In this document: positions 18,293 through 29,435 of the stretch, in pieces
Layout of the letters: every line of letters begins with the position of its first letter
Position numbering within the stretch: the first letter of the stretch is position 1
Assembly (NCBI GenBank): GCA_045578305.1
Contig: JAZNKA010000051.1
Span: 11,308 to 75,307, forward strand
Length of the DNA stretch: 64,000 nucleotides
Origin: Clostridia bacterium
Lineage (GTDB): Bacteria; Bacillota; Clostridia; Monoglobales; Monoglobaceae
Direction of reading: 5' to 3'
The notes under the pieces: model-generated
Seen by the model: only the letters and a program-made list of their open reading frames with translations
What the model was told of the DNA's origin: nothing
Database searches by the model: none
Translations under genes and position numbers: made by a program

Positions 18293-21200
18293 CTATTCTT
18301 GACGGCATACACTTCCGTATGGACAGTATTCGCAAGGGTCAAAACCTGAAACAGCAGGGGGATTTGCATCAATCAATCCATCACCAATATTTTCGGCGGT
18401 TTGAACGGCACATTTTTCGGCATCTGCCAGCTTTTTCTCAAACAGTTCCTGGACAAGCCGTGATTTTTTGTCGCAATTTATGTAATGGATTGCATTTTTG
18501 TCGTCAAGATTTGGATCCAGTGCTTCAAGGACATCGCTTTTATCCAAAAACAGTCCATGGACCTTGATGTTGTTATTGAATTCAGCCTCCCATTCATCTC
18601 CTGTGGGAGTCTCTTCAAATTTAAGAACAGGGTCGTTCATTTGAAAATACATAAGTGCCGCTGCTTTTAAGTCTTTGTCAGCATTTGAAAGTGCGTTTGC
18701 ATAGATAAGCGGCTGAAGCGTTACTCCTGCATCAATAAGGGCAGGGTCAAGGCGTTTTTCAGAAGATTTGTAGTCCGTGATTGTTATATATTTTTGCCCG
18801 TTTATCTCAGCACTGTCTGTCCGGTCTATAAAGCCTTTCAAAAATACATCCCCATCTTTTGTCGAAAGCTTGTAAGGGGGAAGCTTTCCTCGCCCTCCAA
18901 AGCTGACCTCAAATCCGCTTGGTCTGAATTTGCTTTGCGAATAGAATTTAACCAGCTTCCATGCAGTGGAGGCGGCTATGTTTTTAAGACGCATCAACAT
19001 ATATTTGTAGTAGTTCGATACGGTAAACATAGCATTGTCAGAATTTTTTGCAAAGTCATTTACAAGCTGAGAGATTTCGTCAAAGCAATCATTTTTGCTG
19101 ATGGCTGAATAATCACAGTTGTTTTGCGCTTTTGTCTCAAAATAACGGCACAAAACATCATGTAGTATTGTACCCGTATCGGTCGATTTAAGACCTCCCA
19201 GCAGGCGCTCTTCTGCCAGAAGACCATATCTCATAAAAAATGAAAATGCACACGAATTGTATTTTTCGAGTTTCGAGACACTTAAAGAAATAGGCGATCC
19301 ATAAAGCTTTTTTGCAAGGGCCTTTGAAATGGATTCAGGCTCGGCTTCGCGGCAGTACATTTCGAAAAAGTGCCGGAGCTTTGAAGAGTAGTCGGAATCA
19401 TTTTCGAAACAGGAGTACACAGCCCTCCAAAGCGAGGAGAGCTTTTGGGGGTCAAAATCACACTCAAAAAGCTTTGCACAAAGCTCAAAAAAAGTATGTT
19501 CTTTGCCTTCAATAAGATCTGCCTCGGTCTCGTTTTCCAAGGCAATATCAGGAAAAACAGAGCTTTTTATTCTTCTTATTATTTCGGATTTGCCAAGGCT
19601 CTTGCCATCCCGGGCACTCAAAGGCGAGGACAGGTACAGTTCGTTTTTGGCTGCACCAAAAACAGAATATATCAAAAACTGTTCTTCTTTTTGACGAGAA
19701 TACGAATCAGGAGCAAGCTCAACACCCATTTCTTTAAGGTCAAGTCTTTCGGCATCCGACAAGATTCCCTCTGTGATGTGACTTTGAGGGAAACTTTTGT
19801 CCAGTACTCCAAGGACGATTACAACTTTTGCACCGGTTGTACGAAATCTCTGAGCTTCACTTATGGTCACCTTGTCCTGAACGGGTGGTATAACCCCTGT
19901 GCTTAGCTCTCTTATGCACGATGAAAACAGTTCGTAGAATTCGCTGAAAGTTGCAGGAGTATCTGCCATACAGTCAGATATTTGGTTTATAACCGAAACA
20001 AAGCTGTTCCATACACCCAAAAGTCGGTCCGCTGCTTCAAAATTGCCGTCGGACTTAAGACCTTCGATTTTTGAAGAAACCCGAGAGGGTATCTCAAGTT
20101 GCTTAAGCCAGTCGCAAAACTTAAGCGCAATATCACCAATATTTTTGCGGCCGCTGAACGAATCCACAAGGTCAAGGAGTGGCAATACAATTTTTGATTT
20201 GATTTGGTTTATTTTTTCCATATCAAACTGAGCAGGCGAGGGATTGAAGACCCAATCCTCGGAAGCACGCCAGTTTTTGTGGGTTATGTCTGCTGCAAGT
20301 ATGTAATTTTCAAACACATCTGATTCAAAATCTTCGATATCCCAAAAACCGGAACGAAGGATGGACATAATTCTTTCGTAGGAAAAGCCAAAGGCAAGGA
20401 TTTCAAGTGTTGACAAAATCATCCGCATAAAGGGGCTTTCGGCAAGGGCTGTTTTTCGGTCAAGGAAAAAGTTTATGTCAAACTTTTCAAAAATTGCAGG
20501 CAAAATAAGCTCGTAATTTTCAAAGGAGCCGCACAGAACAAGAAAGTCGTTAAGCCTGTAGCCTTTAGTGCGGCACAAACGACAGATAAGTCTTGCGGCA
20601 TACTCGACCTCGGCATAATAGTTTTGTGGAGTTGAAATATGAATATCCTTGGGTACGCCCGAGAATGCGACAGGATTTTGAGCAAAGTAATTTTTTTTAA
20701 GATGCAAAATTTCGGGCGAAAAGTCAGAACTTTCGTTATCTTCAAAAAAAATCGGTTTTCCAATGTCAATCCCTGATTCAGTTGCTGCCAGACGCAATCT
20801 CTTGTGTACCGAAACTTGTGAAGAAAAAACAGAGGCATCATCGTCAAGAGTGTCCGTACAAAGCGAAATGCAGATGTTCATTTTTTGCATAAGCGCTGTG
20901 ATTGCAGCATATTCGACAGGAGTAAAAGAACGAAAGTGATTTATGTAAAGGTTTCCGTTTAAAAAGTCTGCTTTTTGTATTTTTGGCAGAGCAAGGCTGA
21001 GGTTGTCCTCAGCATTAAGCCAGTTTTCTTCTACAAGGGTGTTGAATTTGTCATAGATAAGTGAAAGGTCCAAAAGCTTTGCTGAAAGAATTCCGTCAGC
21101 AACATTTTGGGCGTGCTTTTCAAGCTCTTTTGGCGAAATGCCGTAGCGTTTAAATTCCGAAATCAGCGAGACGATAAGTCCCCCAAAACCCGGCTGTTTT

Positions 21201-21538
21201 ATATTTTTGTCAAAGAATTTAAGGTCTTTGCGGCAAAGCTGAAGACTGCGGCAGGCAAGCAGATATTTGCCTGCTTTGTCGATATATTTGGTCCTGAGGG
21301 GACCAAGCTTCGAGAAAAGCATATTGACAAGCCGCGAAAATGTAAGTATCTGAATTTTGTTCTGGGCGGGAAGCCCAAGCCGTGAAATCAGCTCCTGCTC
21401 GGCACACATAGAGTATTGCTCGGGCACAAGAATAAAGACCTGCACTTCGCCAAGGGCATCGGCAGATGCACGACGGTATATTTCATCGGTTTTTGCACTT
21501 TCATTGGTACCAAGCAAAAACTCCAGCAAATCCTTCAC
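18293..21538 (-). CDS. addB: Helicase-exonuclease AddAB subunit B (AddB)
   Basis: C-terminal PD-(D/E)xK nuclease GFIDRTD...ITITDYKSS. Fe-S cysteines (SCAFSFF ... CEYCPYGSVC). N-terminal variant P-loop LLGTNESAKT. The real start may be the TTG at 21529, which has better spacing from AAGGAG. Confidence 0.88.
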   Translation of the reverse strand: MKDLLEFLLGTNESAKTDEIYRRASADALGEVQVFILVPEQYSMCAEQELISRLGLPAQNKIQILTFSRLVNMLFSKLGPLRTKYIDKAGKYLLACRSLQLCRKDLKFFDKNIKQPGFGGLIVSLISEFKRYGISPKELEKHAQNVADGILSAKLLDLSLIYDKFNTLVEENWLNAEDNLSLALPKIQKADFLNGNLYINHFRSFTPVEYAAITALMQKMNICISLCTDTLDDDASVFSSQVSVHKRLRLAATESGIDIGKPIFFEDNESSDFSPEILHLKKNYFAQNPVAFSGVPKDIHISTPQNYYAEVEYAARLICRLCRTKGYRLNDFLVLCGSFENYELILPAIFEKFDINFFLDRKTALAESPFMRMILSTLEILAFGFSYERIMSILRSGFWDIEDFESDVFENYILAADITHKNWRASEDWVFNPSPAQFDMEKINQIKSKIVLPLLDLVDSFSGRKNIGDIALKFCDWLKQLEIPSRVSSKIEGLKSDGNFEAADRLLGVWNSFVSVINQISDCMADTPATFSEFYELFSSCIRELSTGVIPPVQDKVTISEAQRFRTTGAKVVIVLGVLDKSFPQSHITEGILSDAERLDLKEMGVELAPDSYSRQKEEQFLIYSVFGAAKNELYLSSPLSARDGKSLGKSEIIRRIKSSVFPDIALENETEADLIEGKEHTFFELCAKLFECDFDPQKLSSLWRAVYSCFENDSDYSSKLRHFFEMYCREAEPESISKALAKKLYGSPISLSVSKLEKYNSCAFSFFMRYGLLAEERLLGGLKSTDTGTILHDVLCRYFETKAQNNCDYSAISKNDCFDEISQLVNDFAKNSDNAMFTVSNYYKYMLMRLKNIAASTAWKLVKFYSQSKFRPSGFEVSFGGRGKLPPYKLSTKDGDVFLKGFIDRTDSAEINGQKYITITDYKSSEKRLDPALIDAGVTLQPLIYANALSNADKDLKAAALMYFQMNDPVLKFEETPTGDEWEAEFNNNIKVHGLFLDKSDVLEALDPNLDDKNAIHYINCDKKSRLVQELFEKKLADAEKCAVQTAENIGDGLIDANPPAVSGFDPCEYCPYGSVCRQE

Positions 21539-21684
21539 GCTCCTTTTTTAAAATAATGACTAAAAATTGAGTTTTCGGCATATATTGATGAAAGACTTTT
21601 ACATAATTCCAATATTTTATAAATATTATAACATTTCAGGATAAGTAATGCAACAAAAATGTTACCCAAGGAGGACAAACAAAA

Positions 21685-23619
21685 ATGCAACTTTATCACG
21701 ATTCTCAAAGCGAGGAATACAGATTCCCAAAGGGTGCAGCAAAAACCGAAGATGCGGTAAGGCTTTCAATAAAGGTGGTATCTGAAGTTGTTCCCGATGC
21801 AGTAAAAGTCAGACTTTGGAGCAAAAAAGAAGAATATGTAAAAATGGAGCTTTTAAAGCAAGCGGAATCAGAACTTTGGTATTCAGCCAAACTGAATATG
21901 CCAAGCAAACCGCAACTTTTGTGGTATTTTTTTGAAGTTGAGTCAAATGGCAAAAAAATATTTTATTCAAACAACCAAAGACAGCTTGGAGGGGTGGGTG
22001 TTATGGAGGAAGCTCCTTCCTTCAGGTCGTATCAGATAACGGTGTATGATAAAGATTTTCATACTCCCGATTGGTTTAAAAATGCTGTTTTGTACCAAAT
22101 ATTTCCCGACAGATTTTTCCGTTTTGGGAGCGAAAAGGATTTTCCTCAAAGGCGCAGCGACTATAAGCTTCACGATGATTGGTACGAGGATTATTTTTTT
22201 GACAGACATCCCTTTGAGGATGGTCCTGCTTGCAACGATTTTTATGCCGGAAACCTCAAGGGAATTGCGGCAAAGCTTGATTATCTTAAGGGCCTTGGAA
22301 TAAGTGCGATTTATTTAAACCCAATATTTGAGGCGTTTTCAAATCACAGATACGATACTGCTGATTACAGCCAAATTGACGGTATCCTTGGCACAAACGA
22401 GGATTTTGCCGAGCTTTGCAAAAAAGCAGAAAAAATGGGGATACGCATTATTCTTGACGGAGTATTCAGCCATACGGGGAGTGACAGTATATATTTCAAT
22501 AAGTACAAAAATTATGGCGAAAAAGTCGGTTGCGCGCAAGATGAGAACTCGCCTTATTCAAGGTGGTATCCCCAAAATGATGACGGAACATATTCAAACT
22601 GGTGGGGATGCTCGAATCTTGTCAATGTAAACGAGCTTGAGCCGACATATATCGACTACATTCTGAAAGGGAGCAATGCTATAATAAAAAAGTGGCTGAA
22701 GGCCGGGGCATCGGGTTGGCGTCTTGATGTTGCCGACGAGCTTCCTGACGAGTTTATAAAAATATTGAGAAGCGAAGCAAAATCCGAAAAGTCTGATGTG
22801 GTTATTATCGGCGAAGTGTGGGAGGATGCCTCCAACAAGATAAGCTATGGACAAAAACGAGAGTACTTTTTTGGTCACGAACTTGATGGTGTAATGAATT
22901 ATGTTTTTCGTGACGGAGTTTTAAAGTTTTTGCTTGGCACAAAAAGTGCCGAGGATTTTAAAGCAGAAATTTGCTCGCTGATTGAAAATTACCCAAGGGA
23001 AGCTCTTTTGTCAAGCATAAACCTGATAGGAAGCCATGATACCTGTCGTGCGAAAACCGTGTTGAGTGGCAAAATGCCCGAAGGCAGTCTGAGCCAAACG
23101 CAAAAAAGCGAATTCAGGATAAAAGGTGCCGACGAGACTTTGGCACTCAGGCGGCTTAGACTTGCGGCGTTTATACAGATGACGTTTGTGGGCGTGCCGT
23201 GCATATATTATGGTGACGAAATCGGCATGCAGGGACTTGATGACCCTTTCAACCGAAGAACTTATACCTGGAGATGTATCGACCCCGAGCTTTTGGATTG
23301 GTACAAAAAGTTGATACAACTGCGAAGCAGACTGACCTGCCTTAAAACAGGAGAATTTGAATTTTTGTATGCCAAAGACGGTGTGATTGCTTATAAAAGG
23401 AAAGAGGCTGACGAAACTGCAATTTGCGCAGTAAACAGAAACGATTTGCCCTGCCAAGTTGAATTTTTCCTGCCAGAAGAAGATGGCAAGGGACTTAAAC
23501 AACTTGCAGGGAGTGGCGAATTTAGCGAAAATGGCCTGAAGATAAATATAAGGCTTAAAGAATACGGTTGCATATTGCTTGTGCAAGAAGGAGGAAAAAA
23601 TGGAAAACCCAAAAAGTGA
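21685..23619 (+). CDS. GH13 alpha-amylase-family enzyme (neopullulanase/cyclomaltodextrinase-like), cytoplasmic
   Basis: GH13 regions DGVFSHTG, GWRLDVADELP, GEVWED and GSHDT. No signal peptide. SD AAGGAGG. Its 3' end overlaps the glgB start. Confidence 0.88.
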   Translation: MQLYHDSQSEEYRFPKGAAKTEDAVRLSIKVVSEVVPDAVKVRLWSKKEEYVKMELLKQAESELWYSAKLNMPSKPQLLWYFFEVESNGKKIFYSNNQRQLGGVGVMEEAPSFRSYQITVYDKDFHTPDWFKNAVLYQIFPDRFFRFGSEKDFPQRRSDYKLHDDWYEDYFFDRHPFEDGPACNDFYAGNLKGIAAKLDYLKGLGISAIYLNPIFEAFSNHRYDTADYSQIDGILGTNEDFAELCKKAEKMGIRIILDGVFSHTGSDSIYFNKYKNYGEKVGCAQDENSPYSRWYPQNDDGTYSNWWGCSNLVNVNELEPTYIDYILKGSNAIIKKWLKAGASGWRLDVADELPDEFIKILRSEAKSEKSDVVIIGEVWEDASNKISYGQKREYFFGHELDGVMNYVFRDGVLKFLLGTKSAEDFKAEICSLIENYPREALLSSINLIGSHDTCRAKTVLSGKMPEGSLSQTQKSEFRIKGADETLALRRLRLAAFIQMTFVGVPCIYYGDEIGMQGLDDPFNRRTYTWRCIDPELLDWYKKLIQLRSRLTCLKTGEFEFLYAKDGVIAYKRKEADETAICAVNRNDLPCQVEFFLPEEDGKGLKQLAGSGEFSENGLKINIRLKEYGCILLVQEGGKNGKPKK

Positions 23620-25516
23620 TAAGGGAAAGTTTTCGGCATTATCCAAAGAAATGATGTTTTTGTTTAACGAGGGAAAAAACTTTGAAGCATACAATATGCT
23701 TGGCTCGCACAAAACCGAGTATGGTTGTCATTTTGCGGTGTGGGCGCCAAATGCCCAAGAAGTCTCGGTGGTGTGTGATTCAAACAACTGGGACCCAGAC
23801 AAAGACAGAATGCAGCTCGATTCGGAAAGCGGAATCTGGAGTGCATTTGTAGAGGGAATTTCCTGTGGAGAGAAATACAAATACAGCATCAAAACCAAAT
23901 CGGGTGAGGTCGTCTTGAAGGCAGACCCTTTCGCTTTTGAAAGCGAGCTGAGACCCAAGACCGCATCAGTTGTTGCAAATATAGATTATTTGTGGAAGGA
24001 TGCCACATGGCAAAAAAAGAAAATGACAACAAGTCCCTACGAAAAGCCAATGAATATTTATGAAGTGCATTTTGGGTCGTGGAAAAGGCACGAAGACGGG
24101 AGCTTTTACAAATACAGCGATATGGCAGATGAGCTTATACCTTATGTCAAAGAATTGGGATATACACATATCGAGCTTATGCCGGTTGCAGAGTACCCGT
24201 TTGACGGCTCGTGGGGGTATCAGATCAGTGGATATTTTTCGGCGAACAGCCGCTATGGAACACCGACAGAACTTAAGGCATTTGTTGACAAATGCCACAA
24301 AAACGGAATTGGTGTTATTATGGATTGGGTGCCGGCACATTTCCCGCGTGATGAGCACGGACTCAGGCAGTTTGACGGAACGCATCTTTTTGAACATCCT
24401 GATACAAGACTTGGTGAGCACAAGGAATGGGGAACTCTGGTTTTTGACTGGGGAAAGACCGAAGTCCATTCGTTTTTAATTTCAAATGCTGTTTTTTGGC
24501 TTGAAGAATATCATATAGATGGACTCCGGGTTGACGCTGTGTCAAGCATGCTTTACCTTGACTACAATCGAAAAGATGGTGAGTGGGTAAAAAACAGGTA
24601 TGGGACAAACGAAAACCTTGATGCAATTGAGTTTTTGAAAAAGATGAATACCGAGGTCTTCAGACGGTTTCCCAATGCATTGATGATTGCCGAGGAATCA
24701 ACCGCGTGGGCGGGTGTAACATTGCCCGTGCATCATGGCGGTCTGGGCTTTAATTTTAAATGGAATATGGGGTGGATGAATGATGTTTTGAGATTTGTGA
24801 GCATAGACCCATACTTTCGCGGTGACAACCTTGGACTTTTGACGTTTTCAATGATGTATGCTTTTTCAGAAAACTTTATTCTTCCTGTTTCACATGACGA
24901 AGTGGTGCACGGCAAAGGTGCACTCATCAGCAAAATGTATGGCTCGTATGAACAAAAGTTTAAAGGACTCAAGCTTTTGCTTTTGTTTATGTATGCGCAT
25001 CCCGGCAAAAAGCTTACTTTTATGGGCACCGAGCTTGGACAGTTTGACGAGTGGAGATTTGATGACCAGCTTGGGTGGAATCTTTTGGATTATGAAAAGC
25101 ACAGACAGATTAAAGACTTTGTCAAAGATTTGAATGAGTGTTATACAAAAAATCGTGCACTTTACGAAAACGATTCCAACTGGAGCGGTTTCAAATGGAT
25201 AAATGCCGAAGACCGTCAAAATGCGGTGATTTCTTTTATCAGAATAAGTAAAAGCCGTCGTGACAAGATTATTGCAGCGTTCAACTTCGCGGCAAAAATA
25301 CACAAAAAGTATCAGGTTGGAGTTTTGACAGCAGGCGAGTATGAGGTGATACTTAGCAGCGAAAACAAAAAATATGGTGGAGAAAAAGCAAGTTTTAAAA
25401 AAATGGCAGCAAAGAAGGCGGGAACGGGTGAATTCCCGTATGTAATCGAGCTTGATTTGCCCGAGCTTTCGGCTGTGTATATCAAAAAAGCAAAGCCCAA
25501 GAAGAAGTCCGGGTAG
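23600..25516 (+). CDS. glgB: 1,4-alpha-glucan branching enzyme
   Basis: [57 protein letters not shown] at 23600 follows AAGGAGG. Confidence 0.95.
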   Translation: MENPKSDKGKFSALSKEMMFLFNEGKNFEAYNMLGSHKTEYGCHFAVWAPNAQEVSVVCDSNNWDPDKDRMQLDSESGIWSAFVEGISCGEKYKYSIKTKSGEVVLKADPFAFESELRPKTASVVANIDYLWKDATWQKKKMTTSPYEKPMNIYEVHFGSWKRHEDGSFYKYSDMADELIPYVKELGYTHIELMPVAEYPFDGSWGYQISGYFSANSRYGTPTELKAFVDKCHKNGIGVIMDWVPAHFPRDEHGLRQFDGTHLFEHPDTRLGEHKEWGTLVFDWGKTEVHSFLISNAVFWLEEYHIDGLRVDAVSSMLYLDYNRKDGEWVKNRYGTNENLDAIEFLKKMNTEVFRRFPNALMIAEESTAWAGVTLPVHHGGLGFNFKWNMGWMNDVLRFVSIDPYFRGDNLGLLTFSMMYAFSENFILPVSHDEVVHGKGALISKMYGSYEQKFKGLKLLLLFMYAHPGKKLTFMGTELGQFDEWRFDDQLGWNLLDYEKHRQIKDFVKDLNECYTKNRALYENDSNWSGFKWINAEDRQNAVISFIRISKSRRDKIIAAFNFAAKIHKKYQVGVLTAGEYEVILSSENKKYGGEKASFKKMAAKKAGTGEFPYVIELDLPELSAVYIKKAKPKKKSG

Positions 25517-25550
25517 GGAGACAGAAAATTTGAATGTGGAGGGATTTCAG

Positions 25551-26828
25551 ATGAAAGCAAAAGAATGTGTAGCAATGATACTTGCAGGAGGGCAAGGAAG
25601 CAGACTGGGTGTGCTTACAAAGGATGTTGCAAAACCGGCAGTGCCGTTTGGCGGCAAATACAGAATTATTGATTTTCCGCTCAGCAACTGCGCACACTCG
25701 GGGATAACTACGGTCGGAGTGCTTACTCAGTATCAACCATTTGAACTTAATACTTATATAGGGAATGGTCAACCTTGGGATCTGGATCGAAACGACGGGG
25801 GTGTGTATGTTCTGCCGCCGTATGTGTCAGCAGAAAAGGGCGAGTGGTACAAGGGTACGGCAAATGCTATTTATCAAAACATTGGATTTATAAGCAGATT
25901 TAATCCCAAATATGTTGCGGTTTTGTCGGGTGACCACATATATAAGATGGACTATTCCAAAATGCTGAAAGTGCACAAGGCTGCGGATGCGGCAGCAACA
26001 ATTGCAGTCATAGAGGTGCCGATTGAGGAAGCATCAAGATTTGGGATTATGAATACCGACGAAAATATGAATATTGTTGAGTTTGAAGAAAAACCCAAAA
26101 ATCCAAAAAGCAATCTGGCGTCAATGGGGGTTTATATATTTACATGGGAGATACTTAAAAAGTATTTGATTGCCGACGAAAACGACCCAAGGTCCGACAA
26201 TGATTTTGGTAAAAATATTATCCCCAAAATGCTTGCCGACAAAAATCGGCTTGTTGCATACAAGTTTTCGGGGTATTGGAAGGATGTTGGAACGCTTCAA
26301 AGCCTTTGGGAGGCAAATATGAATTTGCTTTCTGAGTCGTCGGGGTTTATGCTGGATGACGAAGACTGGAAGATTTTCAGCCGTAATCCTGCTTTAGCAC
26401 CTCATTATGTTTCGTCGTCAGCGGTGGTCAAAAACTCTTATATTACTGCAGGCTGTAAAATTGATGGGAATATCGAAAATTCAATTATATCAAGCGGGGT
26501 AACGGTTGAACGTGGAGCAGTTGTTAAAGATTCGGTGCTTTTGCCATACTGCAAGGTGAAGTCAGGTGCAATGGTCGAAAAAACAATTGTCGGGACAAAT
26601 GCATATATCTCAAAAAATTCTAAAATAGGCGAGACAGGCGAAGATGCGGTTGCTGATTTCTTTGACCCCAATATTTGCACAGATGGCATAACCTTGATAG
26701 GAGCCGATGTTACGATTGAAGAAGACATAAAAATCATTCCCGACTCTATGGTAACGCGAAACGTGAAGCGGGCGAACAATATGGAAATAACAGCAAAAAA
26801 AGATGCTGCAAATACAATAACGGCTTAG
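25551..26828 (+). CDS. glgC: Glucose-1-phosphate adenylyltransferase, catalytic subunit
   Basis: [42 protein letters not shown] at 25551 follows GGAGGG. Confidence 0.95.
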   Translation: MKAKECVAMILAGGQGSRLGVLTKDVAKPAVPFGGKYRIIDFPLSNCAHSGITTVGVLTQYQPFELNTYIGNGQPWDLDRNDGGVYVLPPYVSAEKGEWYKGTANAIYQNIGFISRFNPKYVAVLSGDHIYKMDYSKMLKVHKAADAAATIAVIEVPIEEASRFGIMNTDENMNIVEFEEKPKNPKSNLASMGVYIFTWEILKKYLIADENDPRSDNDFGKNIIPKMLADKNRLVAYKFSGYWKDVGTLQSLWEANMNLLSESSGFMLDDEDWKIFSRNPALAPHYVSSSAVVKNSYITAGCKIDGNIENSIISSGVTVERGAVVKDSVLLPYCKVKSGAMVEKTIVGTNAYISKNSKIGETGEDAVADFFDPNICTDGITLIGADVTIEEDIKIIPDSMVTRNVKRANNMEITAKKDAANTITA

Positions 26829-26842
26829 GGGAGGAAGACATT

Positions 26843-27976
26843 ATGCAAAATAACAATATGATGGGTTTGGTTTTTTCGGGAAACCCCGAGGTAAACTTGG
26901 GTGAGATTATGAAAGTCCGTTCGCTTGCGGCTGTCCCTGTGGGAGGCAAGTACCGGATTATTGATTTTGTGCTTTCGAACATGGTCAATTCGGGCATAGC
27001 AAATGTCGGGATAATTACCGGTGGAAAAAACCGGTCGCTAAGCGACCATATAGGAAGCGGAAAGGCTTGGGATATGGCAAAAAAAGAGACGGGACTGTTT
27101 TTTTTGTCTACCCCCGAAGCAAGTTCCGACTCGACCAAATCTTTTGACGGCATTGACCTTATAAACAGCGCGATGAGTTTTTTGGAACGGGCGCGTCAAG
27201 AGTATGTGCTTGTTTGCGATTGCAATATAATTTGCAACATAAACTTTGAAAATGTGATGGAATTTCACAAAGAACACGATGCGGACATAACTGTCATATA
27301 CTCCGATGTTGGTGAACTTTCTTCTGAACGGCTTAAAAACAGCGTGCTTCTTGATGTAGATGAGGATGGCAGAGTGGGAGATGTTCAGGTAAATCCTTTG
27401 CGGCAAAAGCTTAAAAAGGATTATATGCATATGTTTCTTTTGAAAAAAGATTTGCTTATTGATATTGTGGGCGACTGCCTTGCGCACAACAAACATTCAA
27501 TCGAAAAGAATATTTTGCTTGCATGCGTTGACAGGCTTAAAATTTTTGGGTATCGGTTTGATGGTTATCACAAGACTATCAACAGTATATTGTCGTTTTT
27601 TGAATTTAATCTTGACCTTCTTTCGCCCCAGATTCAAAGCGAGCTTTTTGGAACAGATACCGAAAGAGCGATTATGACAAAGGTCAAAGACAGTGTCCCG
27701 ACCCGCTATGGAACAGAGGCTGAAGTCAAAAATTCGGTTGTGGCTGACGGATGCAGCATCGAGGGAAAAGTGGAAAACTGTGTGATTTTCAGAGGGGTAA
27801 AGGTTGGCAAGGATTCGGTCGTAAAGGATTCGGTGATAATGCAGAATTCGCGGATAATGGATAATTGCAAGGTAGAAAATTCGATTTTTGACAAAGAAGT
27901 GATTTTGCTAAGCGGCAAAAAGCTGATTGGACAGCAGACATATCCGCTGGTCATCGGCAAAAGAACAATTGTGTAA
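26843..27976 (+). CDS. glgD: Glucose-1-phosphate adenylyltransferase, regulatory subunit GlgD
   Basis: GlgC paralogue lacking the GGxGxRL loop ([36 protein letters not shown]). Sits between glgC and glgA. Confidence 0.9.
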   Translation: MQNNNMMGLVFSGNPEVNLGEIMKVRSLAAVPVGGKYRIIDFVLSNMVNSGIANVGIITGGKNRSLSDHIGSGKAWDMAKKETGLFFLSTPEASSDSTKSFDGIDLINSAMSFLERARQEYVLVCDCNIICNINFENVMEFHKEHDADITVIYSDVGELSSERLKNSVLLDVDEDGRVGDVQVNPLRQKLKKDYMHMFLLKKDLLIDIVGDCLAHNKHSIEKNILLACVDRLKIFGYRFDGYHKTINSILSFFEFNLDLLSPQIQSELFGTDTERAIMTKVKDSVPTRYGTEAEVKNSVVADGCSIEGKVENCVIFRGVKVGKDSVVKDSVIMQNSRIMDNCKVENSIFDKEVILLSGKKLIGQQTYPLVIGKRTIV

Positions 27977-27998
27977 AAAAGAAAGGCAGAGTGTTTGT

Positions 27999-29423
27999 AT
28001 GAGCAAGATATTGATGCTTTCGTCAGAGGTTGCACCTTATGCAAAAAGCGGTGGACTGGGGGATGTCTTGGGGGCACTTCCACAGTCACTTGCAACAATG
28101 GGGCACGATGTAAGGGTGATGCTTCCTTTGTATGCGTCAATCGACCAAAGAAGCAAAGAAGAAATGCAGTTTTTGTTTTATATATATGTCCCTCTTGGAT
28201 GGCGAAACAAGTATTGTGGAGTGTTTTCGCTCCGAAAAAACGGGGTAACATATTACTTTTTGGACAACGAATATTATTTTGGCGGGACCGAACTTTATCG
28301 TTGGGACGATTTGGAAAGGTTTGCTTTTTTTGACAAGGCGGCACTTGAAACTTTGCCAAGACTTGATTTCAGACCCGATATACTGCATTGTAATGATTGG
28401 CAGACTGGAATGGTGCCTGTAATTTTGAAGGCATACTATCAGAAAAATAATTTTTATCAGGGAATAAAAAGCGTTTTTACGATTCATAATCTTAAATATC
28501 AGGGAAGATACTCGAAAGATGCAGTGGCAGATTTTTTCTCCCTTGACCAAAGTTATTTTACCGACGACAAGCTTGAATTTTATAACGATGCAAATCTTAT
28601 GAAAGCAGGAATTGTATATGCGGATCTTGTAACAACGGTCAGCCCGACCTATGCAGAGGAAATAAAGACCCCTTTGGGTGGCGAAGGACTTGACGGACTT
28701 TTGCGTGCCAGAGGAAATGACCTTTTTGGAATTTTGAACGGTATAGATACAATGGAATACAATCCACGTTTTGACCCATATATCGAAAAGCAGTATTCAA
28801 TCAGCGATTTCCATCAAGGAAAAAGAGAAAACAAAATAGCTCTTCAAAAACAGCTTGGACTTTTTGTGGATGCAGAAAAACCGATGATTGGACTGGTTTC
28901 AAGACTGGTTGGGCAAAAAGGTCTTGACATAATCAGGGACGCCAGGGACGAACTTTCGCAGTTTGATGTTCAGCTTGTGGTACTTGGAACAGGTGAAGAA
29001 GAATATGAGAATATGTTCAGAAGCCTCGCGTGGGAAAACAGCGGCAAGATATCAGCAAACATCTGCTTTGACAACAAGCTGGCTCATCAAATTTATGCAG
29101 CAAGCGACATATTTTTGATGCCATCCCTTTTCGAACCATGCGGACTTGGTCAGCTTATTGCAATGGCGTATGGAAGTGTGCCATTGGTGCGTGAAACGGG
29201 TGGACTCAAGGATACAGTCAAACCTTACAACGAGTTTACGGGCGAGGGCAATGGCTTCAGCTTTGCTCCGCCAGATGCACAGGATTTTTTGTATACACTC
29301 AGGCGTGCACTTCATTTCTACTCGGACAAAAAAGTCTGGTCGGGATTGGTCAAAAATGCAATGGAGCAGGACTTTTCGTGGGGCGAATCTGCCAAAATGT
29401 ATGACAGAATATATAAAAGCTGA
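27999..29423 (+). CDS. glgA: Glycogen synthase
   Basis: MSKILMLSSEVAPYAKSGGLGDV start, and C-terminal PSLFEPCGLGQL. Confidence 0.95.
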   Translation: MSKILMLSSEVAPYAKSGGLGDVLGALPQSLATMGHDVRVMLPLYASIDQRSKEEMQFLFYIYVPLGWRNKYCGVFSLRKNGVTYYFLDNEYYFGGTELYRWDDLERFAFFDKAALETLPRLDFRPDILHCNDWQTGMVPVILKAYYQKNNFYQGIKSVFTIHNLKYQGRYSKDAVADFFSLDQSYFTDDKLEFYNDANLMKAGIVYADLVTTVSPTYAEEIKTPLGGEGLDGLLRARGNDLFGILNGIDTMEYNPRFDPYIEKQYSISDFHQGKRENKIALQKQLGLFVDAEKPMIGLVSRLVGQKGLDIIRDARDELSQFDVQLVVLGTGEEEYENMFRSLAWENSGKISANICFDNKLAHQIYAASDIFLMPSLFEPCGLGQLIAMAYGSVPLVRETGGLKDTVKPYNEFTGEGNGFSFAPPDAQDFLYTLRRALHFYSDKKVWSGLVKNAMEQDFSWGESAKMYDRIYKS

Positions 29424-29435
29424 TGGGAGGATTTG

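Noticed and set aside
23011-23712. 233-codon ORF antisense across the GH13/glgB junction
   Set aside because: It is a shadow ORF. Both sense genes carry clear GH13 signatures.
25452-25550. Upstream extension of the glgC ORF (33 codons)
   Set aside because: The extension overlaps the glgB 3' end. The canonical [16 protein letters not shown] start is preceded by GGAGGG.
27706-28359. 217-codon ORF antisense across glgD/glgA
   Set aside because: It is a shadow ORF within a tightly packed, conserved operon.
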